From Octopus vulgaris (lineage: Eukaryota): a stretch of 64,000 nt of DNA. The notes beneath the pieces were generated by a model, which ran no database searches, was not told the DNA's origin, and was given only the letters and a program-made list of their open reading frames with translations. Location of the stretch: NCBI GenBank assembly GCA_951406725.2, contig OX597816.1:120156001-120220000 (forward strand). The letters run 5' to 3'. Below, piece after piece: positions 40,474 to 52,289 of the stretch (position 1 is its first letter; the number at the start of each line of letters is the position of its first letter). The position numbers and the translations under genes are program-made.

Positions 40474-40690
40474 TCCTTTAGCATTCAGATTACTCTGTCA
40501 AATGTAATGTTTCTTTATTCACATTGTTTTGAATTAATCATGCATTATCTCATAGCTTCAAGATTCCAATAATGCGATTGCTTAATTTAAGGGTAAGTGT
40601 GAAGTGCTGGACATGGTCAATTTTAACATAAAATAAGATGAATATTTGAGCAGATTCAGTTGGTTTAAATATTAAAGGATTAATAAAGGG
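40474..40690. mobile_element. piggyBac-type MITE
   Basis: TTAA|TCCTTTAGCATT...AATATTAAAGGA|TTAA, with a second TAAAGGG|TTAA end at 40690. Confidence 0.65.
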
Positions 40691-40712
40691 TTAATGTAAA
40701 AGAATCAGTTAC

Positions 40713-40954
40713 CTCCTCTTAAGGCTAAAATATTTCGTATTCCTTGATCTTTTGCTTTAATCAAAATGTTCTTGATCTCTGAAACAGACTGGCTGCCGCT
40801 TGTAATATGTAACATGGTTGGTAAATTGAAATAATTCAACATTGTGCTTGCCATGCAGAGGGAACTAGTTGGTTTCTCTAAATTCTGAGGGTCATTTTTC
40901 AAATGCCAGGTCATATCACAGAATAGTGGCTGACTTTCAGCAAAACATTCCATT
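40713..40954 (-). CDS. MTHFR: MTHFR coding exon 2
   Basis: tag| (I)MECFAESQPLFCDMTWH...TMLHIT...GIRNILALRG |gtaact; 242 nt. Confidence 0.96.
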
Positions 40955-41034
40955 CTATAAATAAATAAATAAATTAAAACAACAACAATAATAAAAAGGT
41001 AATCATTATATCCAACTAAATATATAAGCTAATA

Positions 41035-41210
41035 CTGTGTTATTAGTCTTGAGAGATCCTCTTATATAGGAACTTGGTACATAAAAGCACACACTGAGAC
41101 CATAGCAGAAGAAATTTATCTGTAATGGGTAAAGGAATTCTACAATCTATGTATGTGCTTTTATGCACCATGCACCTATATCTGAGGACCTCTCAAGGCT
41201 AATAACACAG
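41035..41210. mobile_element. Tc1/mariner-type hairpin MITE
   Basis: TA|CTGTGTTATTAGTCTTGAGAGATCCTC ... GAGGACCTCTCAAGGCTAATAACACAG|TA; approx. 60-bp imperfect arms. Confidence 0.85.
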
Positions 41211-42351
41211 TACTTGTTGTTCTAACAAGACATCCATGTTAAGATGGATATACAGATTACCTTTTGGTTCTAATACTGCTTTCGTCGCTAATAATTAATT
41301 TATAATAGTAATAGCTTCCGATTTAGGCAGAAAGCCAAACATTTTGAGGGGAAAAGGTAAGTAAATGCCATCGACCTCAGTACTTGACTATTACTTTGTT
41401 CTATCAACATCAAAAAGAAGAAAGGCAAAGCTAACCTTGGTTGGAGTTGAACTCAGAATATAAAGAGCAGGAAGAAATACCTACAAGGCATTTTGCACAA
41501 TGCTCTAATGATTCTGTCAATAATATATATTTTTCTGTCTCTATAGAGTTGGTGTATATATACATATTCATATATATATATAAATGTTGAGAGAAAGTAG
41601 GGATTAAAGAAATCCAGCTGAACACCTTGGTCAGTATTCCATGCAAAAAACAGAATGTCAAGTTTAAAGCAGAATCTGTATACATTAAATCTACAGAGTA
41701 TTTCATACAAACTGTAAATTGGAGGAGATTCCCCAACCATTTGGTTGGTGCATTTATTGTAGAGTATAATAGCAATCACTGGAAATAAGGAAGAATGATG
41801 CTGTTACATATCTTTATTCAGGGTTATGATAATTTCAAATGGCTAGAGCTATTTTATCATTATACACAATGGTTTGTGCATATAAAACTTATGAAAATCC
41901 ATACCAGATAATTTTCTTGGATAGGGGAACATTTGATGTATATAACTTTGCTATTTTGCAACTTGACATCCTTCACAGTATATATTTGTTAAAAATTCTC
42001 AAAATTTACCATAATAATTTAAAGGTCTAATGACAATGGTAGAGGGCAAATTATCTTATCAATTGATTAATCATTGTATGGGTTTACACAAACTGTATAT
42101 ATACAAATCAATGCATGTAGACAAAAATGAAAGCACAAAGCTAGCAAGTCATATCAGCTTTCCCAATCTTCACACTGTGGAAACATCCAGGCTGTAATAG
42201 CTGGAGAGCGAGAAGGTTGCACCAGTGCTCAGCTGGTACTCACTCATTGCAACAATGTGAAATAAAGGGAAAATGTTTAAAGGGAAAATAGAATGTAAGC
42301 TCTCAACACTTGCAATATGTGAAAAATGGTTACAAGAAAGAATGGTTTTAC

Positions 42352-42527
42352 ATGTCAAACAAATCTCTGGCCCCATTGGTAGTTTTTGGTGGAAAGAATT
42401 CCAAAGAGAACCAGGGATCATTTGAAGACATACGGAGTTTCATTTGGTCAGTGAGAGAAAGGAAATTATTTTTCATGGAAGACTTCCGTAGTCCATTGCA
42501 TTCCTGTTTGTTGTTTATTTCACCCAT
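42352..42527 (-). CDS. MTHFR: MTHFR first coding exon (acceptor at 42540 implies an upstream non-coding exon)
   Basis: ttttttcag|aaaattcttaaaATG; MGEINNKQ...PWFSLEFFPPKTTNGARDLFD |gtaaaa, phase 2; catalytic Glu motif SLEFFPP. Confidence 0.93.
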
Positions 42528-43202
42528 TTTAAGAATTTTCTGAAAAAAAAAATAAACAAAGAAATCAAACATTAAAGGATTAAAAAGAAATCAAATATTA
42601 AAGGATTATATAGACATACAGTGAAGGTGTGTGGCTTAGTGGTTAGGGTAAGCAGCTCACGATTGTAAGGTCATGAGTTTGATTCCTGGTACTGCATTAT
42701 GTTCTTGAGCAAGACATTTACTTTACGTTGTTCCAGTTCACTCATCTGGCAAAAATGAATTGTTCCTGTAATTCAAAGAGACAGTCTTGTCACATTCTGT
42801 GTTATGCTGAATCTCCCTGAGAACTATGTTAAAGGTATGTGTGTCTGTGGAGTACTCAGCCACATATATGTTAGTTTCACAAGTTGGCTGTTCTGTTGAT
42901 TGGATCAACTGGAATCCTTGTCTTAGTAACCGACGGAGTGCCATATTAACATATGTACATCATCATTACCATCACCATCATACTCATCATTTAATGCCTG
43001 TTCTCCATGCTGGTATGTGTTGGACAGTTTCACAGGCTTCAACACGTGGAGGACTGCAGCAAGCTCCAAGTCTTCTTTGGCATGGTTTCTACAAGTGGAT
43101 GCCCTTCCTAATACCAACTACTTTACAGAGTGTACTGATATTGGCATTAGTGAGATTGCCAGGTAACTAGCAAGACAAAGAAAAAAGAAGCACCTTCAAC
43201 TG

Positions 43203-43306
43203 AGTGGGGTTGGAGTAGAGGGGCGTAAGTGGGGGTTGTTATAGAAGGGGTAAGTGGGGTTTGTAGTAGAAGAGGTAAGTGGGGTTGTGATAGAGGGGCT
43301 AAGTGT
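43203..43306 (+). repeat. G-rich approx. 24-bp minisatellite, 4 copies
   Basis: Unit approx. AGTGGGGTTGT(A/G)(G/A)TAGA(A/G)GGGGTA. Confidence 0.8.
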
Positions 43307-44029
43307 CTTTGTGTCAGATTTTGAGAGAGACTGACACAGGTGTCTTGCTAATAGAAGAAATACATGGCTACCTTACATTAAATAAGAGTGGGTGAAAGTA
43401 GTTGGAAAGAGATAAAGATGTGAGGAGGTGTCAGAGTGTATTTTCAAGGTACAAGAAGGTGAGAGAATATGGACTGAGGACTGGGTGGATAAGAGAGTGA
43501 CAGATGGTTAGAGTTGGGAGTGGAAGTGGACGTAGTGAGTGATGTACAAGGGTGGAAGCCTGGTCAATGGTAAATATCAGTATGGAGAGATGGTAAGAGA
43601 AATAGCTAAGGAAAGGGGTGGTTATATGTGGTGATACAAGATGGTGGAGAGTAGTAGAAACATGTAGATACATGAGAAAAAAGTGAGATGACGTGTGGGG
43701 GAGGCAGAGAGAGAGAGAAAGAGAAAGATGGAAGTCAGAGTGTGTTGTAGTGGTTGTAGTGAGTGGGTGACAGAGGTGGGGATTAAAACAAAGAAGTCTC
43801 AATATTCTGTCTGACACTAAAAATACAGCAAAGCATTAATCAGATGTTCTAATGACCCTTTTGTTTCACCACCCTACCATAGACAAAAATATCTGTAATG
43901 TTACATAAATTAGGTTCAGATGAAAATTCCAAGAACTGATATAACCTATTTGAAGAAGCATTATGTGATGCAATGATTTTGACAGACTGTAATTATGATC
44001 CAGTTTTCAAAAGAAGCATGATCCATTTA

Positions 44030-44760
44030 GATTTTTCATCAATACCAGATCTGCTTCAGATCACCTGGACTGGCCAAGCTGTCTGGTGCCAAGTCAGCTC
44101 TGCTGGCCACAGCATTTACTCCATTCTTGCCATTCTCCTCCATGTTGTTCCAAACATCTTTCATAAATCATCTTCCCACCTGATTGGAGTTCTTTCGAGT
44201 GGTCTTTTCTGTTTGTGCGGGTACCACTCGACAACTGCATGGGTCCACCGATTGTCAGTGAACCTTGTAACATGACCGGTCAATCGTAGCTTTGCTTGGT
44301 GGTATTCTGTGATGTCCTTCACTCCAGTTCTATCCCTGATCTCCTCATCCTGGATGTGATCTCTTAGCAAGATTCCCAACATTGGCCTCTCAATGACTCT
44401 CTGCACTGCAAGCAGATTTTGTTCTCTCTTCAACAAGGCCCAAGTCTCACATGCATGTAGCATTGTAGGAAAGAATGTACTGTTGAAGAGATTGACGTGA
44501 GTTGCCTTGTCTAGTTTTGCTTCCAGCACATCCTTCACCAAGTTGAATGCTCTCTGTCCTGCACTTACATTTCATAAGATTGCATTCTCCATCTCACACT
44601 TCATAGTCACTTCTTGATTGAGATACACATAGCTGTTCACCTCTTCTATGGATTCTGCTATAAAGGCCAGGTCATCAGCACAGAGGAGCTCCCAGGGGTA
44701 ACCCGTCTTGAATTCCTCTGTTATTGCCTGGAGGACTATGATGAATAAAAGGGGACTATA
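44030..44760 (-). mobile_element. RTE-clade LINE fragments (RT core piece plus C-terminus)
   Basis: PLLFIIVLQAITEEFKTGYPWELLCADDLA; MLHACETWAL...KLRLTGHVTRFTDNRWT...KRPLERTPIRWEDD. Confidence 0.88.
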
Positions 44761-45929
44761 TGTCCAGCAAAGAAGGAAATTTGCGACTCATTTAACAGAA
44801 AGAAATCAACCATGTAGCAATCATATGAAAATCAAGGAAACAATTGTTTCACATGCCCTCATCAAAATGAAGGATAATTGCAATATGTTATATGAAAAAG
44901 TACTGTTGATGATCGATGATGAATATATTTTCAACCAAATGATAGTGATCAGTTTCCACAACAGGAAATAAAGATGAATGTCATTGTCACCTCGATCATC
45001 ATTGATCCAGGAACATGTGGCTTAACTGATATATCTTCATTCAATAAAATCAAAGGTTTATATCCTGAGAGTGTTAAAACCATTCAAAGCTAATACATTC
45101 TTACCTATGGCTTCACTTGCATCTCTGGTTTTGCTTGAGGTAACTCAGGTCATAGGGGAAATTAGTTCAATTAATTATATTCTTAATTGGGTGTATTCTT
45201 TTTGAAAGCTCATGATCATAAGGTCTTGTGCTTGATTCCCAGTGGCACATTGTGTCTTGAGCAAGACACTTTATTTCACATTGCTCCAGTTCACTCAGCT
45301 GGCAAAAATGAGTAGTACCCGTATTTCAATAGGACAGCCTTGTCACATTCAGTGTCATGCTGAATCTCCCTGAGAATTACATTAAGGGTACGCATGTCTA
45401 TGGAGTGCTCAGCCACTTGCATGTTAATTTCATGAGCAGGCTATTCCATTGATCAGATCATCTGAAACCCTTGTTGTTGTATCCGATGGAATGCCAGTTT
45501 TACTTATATTCTTAGTTTACTTGTTATGAAATCCCTACCTGGCAGCTTTTTATTAGCCTGTGAGATTGCTTAGTCTCTTAGTTTAGCTCAAATAAGCTGC
45601 ATCAATACTCTATCAACAGTGGAAGATGATTCAATTACTAAACAATTCCTTGACCTATTCAATTACATTGATAAATTGAAAGATTTTGCTAAAATTATCA
45701 ATCTGTCATGAGGTAAAACAGTAAAAGTAACTCTTCAAAATGAAATCATTTCATGGGAAGAAACAAGTAAAAGTAGAGCATGAAAATTTGTTTAGATTGG
45801 ATGTCATTGGATGAGCTAATACCCCCAACAATGTGGGTTTCCTTTTTGGCTACAATACCAATTAAAGATGACTCTTAATTTGTGTGTGGTTTTCCACAGA
45901 TAAAATACACTTATCTGTACAAACCAAGT

Positions 45930-46322
45930 ATATAGATTGGAAGGGACTTTGCACCATCGGCAGACTTGGTCTGTGGCACTCAGCAAGCTGTCCCGTAGGA
46001 ATTTCCAGCTACCTTGTATGTCTGATGTCTGTAGTTCATCCTTCCTCTCATTAAATTTCTTGATGTGGATGTCCCTAAATCTCTGACCATGTGAAGGGTT
46101 CTTTAGCTTCCAAATCCTTCTTTTCTGGATTGGTCTGCTTCTTGGTATCCTTCTGGCCTTGAGCCTAAAGTCACTAATGACTAGCCTATGCTGGCGGGTA
46201 CATTCTTCACCTGGGAGAGTCTTTGTATTTAAGAGCAACCCTGCGTCCCACTGTCTGGTGAGGATGAAATCAATATGGCTAGCAGAGTCCCCTGACTGAT
46301 AGGTTATAAGGTGGCTGTCTGG
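45930..46322 (-). mobile_element. RTE LINE endonuclease C-terminal fragment
   Basis: HLITYQSGDSASHIDFILTR...KTLPGEECTRQHRLVISDF. Confidence 0.85.
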
Positions 46323-46529
46323 CTTTATACATACACACATATATATACATATATATATACATACACAAAAATTAGAAAAAACCACCTTTTATCAATTCAA
46401 AATGAGCAATTAAATTACACCATCTAGAAAATTACATATAATAGAAATATTAAAATTAAAATAACAATAATATACCGATGATTAAGTAAATTGCAAAATA
46501 ATAATAATAAAAACGTATATATTTGGTAG

Positions 46530-46638
46530 AATAATGACATGTGTTTCGTGGCTATATTTAAGAAATGATTATAGTAAAAAAATTAATAGTGGTAGTAAAA
46601 TCACTTCGATATAAATATAGCCACTCATCAGGTTAAAA
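46530..46638 (-). ncRNA. Type I hammerhead ribozyme motif (Penelope/retrozyme type), copy 1
   Basis: CTGATGA (46631-46625), perfect 13-bp helix II GTGGCTATATTTA/TAAATATAGCCAC, GAAAC-ACAT-GTC (46547-46536); helix I weak. Confidence 0.75.
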
Positions 46639-47865
46639 ATAAACTAGAATAAAATAATTAATTAATAAATATACTTTAATATATATATATCAGTTACTAA
46701 ATATACATTAAGTGAAAACTAAGAACAATACTTAAATTATTCAATACTTTAAAATTAATTAATATACACGATGCTAGTACAAGCTATTAATATTGTAGTC
46801 AAAATAAGAAATGGTTCAAATATAGACAAACTCATTAAATTAGCTAACTATATAATTAATATATATATGTGTAGTATCTATAGTTTTAATACATCACTCT
46901 ATAATATAGTTGACTAAAAGCTAATTATCTTAAATTTAATACTACTTAATAAATATACCACCTAATAATTAAATAATATATTGTCTAAGAAAATTAATTC
47001 TCAAATTAAATTAAATGTAATACGTTGGATCCCTTTATAACAAAAAATTAAAAAAAACTAAATAAATAGATATAATAATTAATATCTATCATAACTTATA
47101 ACTATCAATATATATAAAAATGATATAATGGCGAAAATTATTTACTAATGGAAAGTAAAAAACATTTAAGCCCCATAAATTAAAGAAAGGTGCAAAAATA
47201 TTAGAACAAATGAACAATACACTATGAAGATATTCAACTACAACTGACAGTCCTCTACAAATCCAGTCAATAACAATAATAATAATAACAACGATCAAAC
47301 TCAAAATAATACAAGATCCAAATAATATTGATAAACAAACTATGTTACGAAGTTCAACGATTAAATTAATCTATCTAGATTTTAAATGTATAAAAATATG
47401 TTTTAGTGTCTTATTATTATACCCAATGCTATTACTAGTCATCTCTTATTATAAAAGGCAGATTTTTATCTGCCTCCCTTTGGGAGTTATACAAATCTAC
47501 AATATAGGATTTCTTCAATTACAATTTACCTAGCATTTTTAAGAGTACAATGCATCGCGTCATGCCAGGTCCAGTTTTTAAAATTTAAACTCCAATTAAG
47601 CAAAATTTACAGAAAACTCACATTCTGGTGTGTGTGTCAAATGCTTTTCTTAGTCTGGTTTACACCACACGCAAACGCACACACACAGTGGGCAACAAAT
47701 AAAATGAAAGTAAATAGCGACAGAGTGATTTGAGGAAGACTAAAGTGAAAGTATTCTGTCTATGACGCTGATAGATACATGAGTAAAATGTATGGGAAGC
47801 TAAGAGCTAAGAGTGAGTGAAAATGTTCTTGGAAGAGAGTAATTAGTAATAAAGTAAACATACTC

Positions 47866-47879
47866 ATACATACATACAT

Positions 47880-47916
<37 letters not shown>

Positions 47917-47952
47917 TACATACACACACACATACATACATACACACATACA

Positions 47953-47984
<32 letters not shown>

Positions 47985-48158
47985 CATACATACACACACA
48001 CACACACACATACACACACACACAGTATTGAAGCTTGAGAACAATCAGATACATTTGCAACACATCTGTTGAAAATATTATTGTTCACACACATACATAT
48101 ACATATATACATACAGACAGACAGACAGATAGACACACACACACACACACACACACAC
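47866..48158. repeat. Compound (TACA)n/(CA)n/(CAGA)n microsatellite
   Basis: Direct inspection; source of the VCVCMY-type spurious ORFs. Confidence 0.95.
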
Positions 48159-48199
48159 ATGATCCAGCATGGCCACAACCTCAAGGCTGAAACATATAA

Positions 48200-48580
48200 A
48201 AGAATAACAGAATATAAATGTGTGCAAAGTACAAGAAATATTAATGCAGTATATGGGGATTGGACAATAAGCGTAAGGCAGTGTCAATGGTGGTTCCAGA
48301 AATCCCGAGCCATAAACTACAGCCTAGAAGACGAGCCTCATCCTGAAAGATCTGTAGAACTCGACAAGGACATCCTGAAAACCCTGGTGGAACAAAATAT
48401 CATCGTAACTGTTGAGGAACTAGCAGAGAAGCTTGGATTTGGTCATTCAACCATTCATTGACACCTGTGTGCTATCGGAAAAGTCAGCAAATTGGGTCAA
48501 TGGGTTCCTCACGAACTTTCCGAGTCTAATTGCATGCAGAGAGTGAATGTATGCTTTTCTTTGCTGTCATATCTCACCAC
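48200..48580 (+). mobile_element. Mariner transposase N-terminal (HTH) fragment
   Basis: TRNINAVYG...QWWFQK...SLEDEPHPERS...VEELAEKLG...KLGQWVPHEL. Confidence 0.88.
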
Positions 48581-48596
48581 TACTGCGCTATGTATA

Positions 48597-49234
48597 TCTA
48601 TATATATAAAACTGTAGTTGTGTGAGTGTCTGTCCCCTTCGATTTAGATTCCTAACTACTCCCACATTTTGCGGTACAGTTTAACCAAATTCGGGTAGCT
48701 TATAGTCATGATTCATATCGAGCCCGTCTGAATATTAGCGCGCGTCTACGATGAGTCTACGATTTTAAAAATAATTTAACATCATTTTTTATTCCATTTT
48801 AATGCATAATTTTTCGTGTGTCGATGGCGGCGGAGTTGGCGTCCACGCTCACACCTGCACCTGTGGGGAAGGGAGTGTAAGGAAATCAACGTCGTAATGC
48901 GTTATCAAGGAGACCAGTGTTCTTTTAGAACAACGACTTCATGGCTTGAAGACACCAAAACAGAAATGGCTAAGAAAGCGTCTACATGAGTCTACGATTG
49001 AAAAAAAATTTACCATCGTTTTTTTTCCATTTTAATGCATTTTTTCGCTATTATATAAGGGAAGTAACTCTCTAAAAATGTCTACGATGAGTCAACGATT
49101 TAAAAAAAAAAATTACCATCATATTTTTTCAATTTTTAATGCATTTTTTGCTATTTTTTTGGCTATAACTCTCTAAAAATGCTTATATAGTTATTTCCCT
49201 TACAAACCCGAGCAACGCCGGGCGATACTGCTAG
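48597..49234 (+). mobile_element. Non-autonomous Helitron
   Basis: 5' TC(TATATATATAAAACT), 3' hairpin CCCGAGCAACGCCGGG then CTAG; inserted between A (48596) and T (49235). Confidence 0.9.
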
Positions 49235-49899
49235 TGAATAATACAATCAAAAATAGGAAATAGTTCAAATATACACAAATCCATTATATGAACTAGCTAT
49301 ATTATTAAAATCTGTGTAATATCTATAGATTTAATATTTTACACAATAATAAAGTTAAAACATAATATTAATTAAAATAAAAACTAATTTACTTAAATGT
49401 AATACTACTTAATAAAAATATTACCCAATTATTAAAAAATGTATAGTCTAACGAAACTAATTCTCTAATTAAATTATATGTAAAACGTTAAATCCCTTTA
49501 TAAAAATTAATAAATATCATATCTAATAACAATCGTAAAAAAATAACTATCAAGATACTATAAATAAATAATAATATTTCAACAACAATAATAATAATAA
49601 TAATGATAATTTCAAACCCTAAACGATTCCAAATCCAAATGAAATAGATAAACAATAAAATGTAAAATGTAACTTAACTTAGCGAAGGAAAATTTTAACT
49701 GAATTTAAATGTAAAAATAGTTAATAGCGTTTATAAAATTTAAGGCGTGAAGACACAGTGCAAAAAATCAATGGAAATTGTAGTTGTGATACCAGTGCCG
49801 GTGGCACGTAAAAAGATCCATCTGAACGTGGCCGTTGCCAGTGCCACCTCGACTGGCCTCCGTGCTGGTGGCACGTAAAAAGCACCAACTGATCGTGGC

Positions 49900-50042
49900 T
49901 GTCGTTGCTAGAGTGTATGCTGCTCAGGAAAGCCCTTGAGCTCACTGGCTTCGGTCCCATCCTCGATACCAGCTTATACAGCAGACCCAAAAGTGCTCCC
50001 TGAGGTGGTTCGCCCCTCGATCTCCACCTAGCTACACTACTG
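49900..50042. mobile_element. Truncated hAT-type MITE inside a SINE
   Basis: Ends CTAGCTACACTACTG, a CpG-decayed form of a CAGTAGCGTAGCTAG-type TIR. Confidence 0.5.
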
Positions 50043-50418
50043 ACGTAGTGTAGCTTAACCATTGCATTCAGATTGTGCCTATTTCATTATATATTTATAT
50101 TTACATGCCAGTGGCACGTAAAAAGCACCAATCCGATCATGGCCATTGCCAGCCTCGCCTGGCACCTGTGCTGGTGGCACGTAAAAAGCACCCACTACAC
50201 TCACGGAGTGGTTGGCGTTAGGAAGGGCATCCAGCTGTAGAAACACTGCCAGATCAGACTGGAGCCTGGTGCAGCCTCCTGGCTTCCCAGAACCCAGTTG
50301 AACCATCCAACCCATGCTAACATGGAAAACAGACGTTAAACGATGATGATGATATATATATATATATATATGTTTTAAAGTATATTTATTGATTAATTAT
50401 TTTATTATTCTAGTTTAA

Positions 50419-50528
50419 TTTTATCCTGATGAGTGGCTATATTTATATCGAAGTGATTTTACTACTACTATTAATTTTTTTACTATAATCATTTCTTAGA
50501 TAATAGTCACGAAACACGTGTCGCTATT
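50419..50528 (+). ncRNA. Type I hammerhead ribozyme motif, copy 2 (inverted relative to copy 1)
   Basis: CTGATGA (50426-50432), long helix II GTGGCTAT.../...ATAGTCAC, GAAAC-ACGT-GTC (50511-50522) with palindrome ACACGTGT. Confidence 0.78.
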
Positions 50529-50799
50529 CTACCAAATATATACGTTTTTATTATTATTTTACAATTTACTTAATCATCGGTATATTATTGTTATTTTAAT
50601 TTAATATTTCTATTATATGTAATTTTCTAGATGGTGTAATTTAATTGTTCATTTTGAATTGATAAAAGGTGTTTTTTTTCTAATTTTTATATATATATAT
50701 ATATATTATATTTTGTGAAATTTGATTTAGTATTTCTAAATTGAATTTTTCCCTGTAAGTTAGGAATAATATTCCCTCAAATAATAATAAATATACATA

Positions 50800-51862
50800 A
50801 CAAATAGTACTCCAACCACCAGAGTAGGTAATATACTGGATCTCTGCTTCACAAATAATATCAATCTCATCCATCATGCGAAAGTGACACCGATGCTACT
50901 CTTGGATCACAACATGGTAGAACTGACCATATATGGACCAAAGGAAATCATAGACATACAGCCTACAAGAAACTCTCAAAATCTTTCCAGTTTGAATTTC
51001 CATAAGGCAAACTGGAAACAAATTAAGAAAGAGATCCTCAAACAAAACTAGCTTAAATGTTTCACCTCACTGGACATTAAACTTCAACAATTCATGTCTG
51101 TAATGCAAGCCATATGCTACAATCGTATCCTGGAGAGAAAGGCCACTATACACAAGGACAAAATCCCCAATGAGAGGAAAATTCTTATGCTATGGCATAC
51201 AATAATTTCAAATTGCCTAAACAAACAAATTGAAAGTAGTGAAAAATCTTGCCTGAAAGTCCAACTGCTGGAGATGGAAAAACATTTGCAACTTCCTATG
51301 AAAAAGAAAGCAAAGAAGCCTGGGCTACGGACAATATAAAATCTAACCCCAGAGCTTATTACAAGTTTGCCAAAACACAGCCTCAGTGCACTGCAGGGTA
51401 GGGCCACTCCTCGAAAAAGATGTTTCACTCACAGGAAACCCAATGACGATAAGTGAAATACTAAATAAGCAATTCAAAAGCGTTTTCACTCCACCCTTAG
51501 GATACTTGTAAGTCAGCAATCCAGCTGACTTTTTTACCAATGTAGATATAAAAACAGAGGCAGTGATGATTGATTATAGATGAAATGAACCCGAACTCAG
51601 CTACTGGCCCTGATAGATTCCCAGCAATCTTTCTAAAAGCATGTAAGTGAGTCCTGGCAAGACCACTGCAGTCCCTCTTCCAGAGCTTCCTTGCAATCTT
51701 CCAAGCAAGCTGAAGGAAGGTAAAATATGCCCCATTCATAAAGGATGTAGCAGAGCAGAGGCTAAAAACTAGACCTATCTCTCTGACCACACTCATCAAC
51801 AAAGTAACAAATAGTCAGAAGAAAGACTAATCACCTTCCTTGAGAAAAATGACTTGCTGACT
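50800..51862 (+). mobile_element. CR1/Jockey-group LINE ORF2 fragment (endonuclease end to RT start), decayed
   Basis: NILDLCFTNN...DHNMVEL...NFHKANWK; NSATGPDRFPAIFLK; IHKG...RPISLT. Confidence 0.82.
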
Positions 51863-52289
51863 GCGGTGTGTAAGCCTATCTTTGTATGTATGTGTATTTT
51901 TATATATATGCATTAAATTTATATCTATAGGCCTATTCTTGTTTAGGGGGCCAATGTCTTTAGACCATGGCAATCATTGACCTCCACCTGCTTCTGTCCT
52001 ATAAGTAACTCAGTCCTTCTGTAGTCTACTGCTAAAGTCATTGACGGTTACATCCTTTCAGTTTCTTCGTAGTCTCTATGAATTCAGTTAAGCTTTACTA
52101 TTTCAAAACCTAAACTATGGAACATCCCTATAGCATTAAATTTGAGTAAAAAAGTCTCAAAATGAAGCCAACAATCAGGATGAATGTACAAAAATAACTT
52201 GGCTATCCTGAATGACTGAAACGAATCAACATACATAAATTTATTCCTTTTGATTCTATAATTGTGATGGTTAATTAAACTCCAACAGC

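Noticed and set aside
47760-48290. Cys/Val/Tyr/Met-rich ORFs (also 57129-57428 and 58845-59042)
   Set aside because: Translations of microsatellites.
49900-50060. HDV-like ribozyme (GGTCCCATCCTCG; 11-bp hairpin AGCTACACTAC/GTAGTGTAGCT)
   Set aside because: P3 and P1.1 cannot be formed; better explained as a CpG-decayed hAT MITE end.
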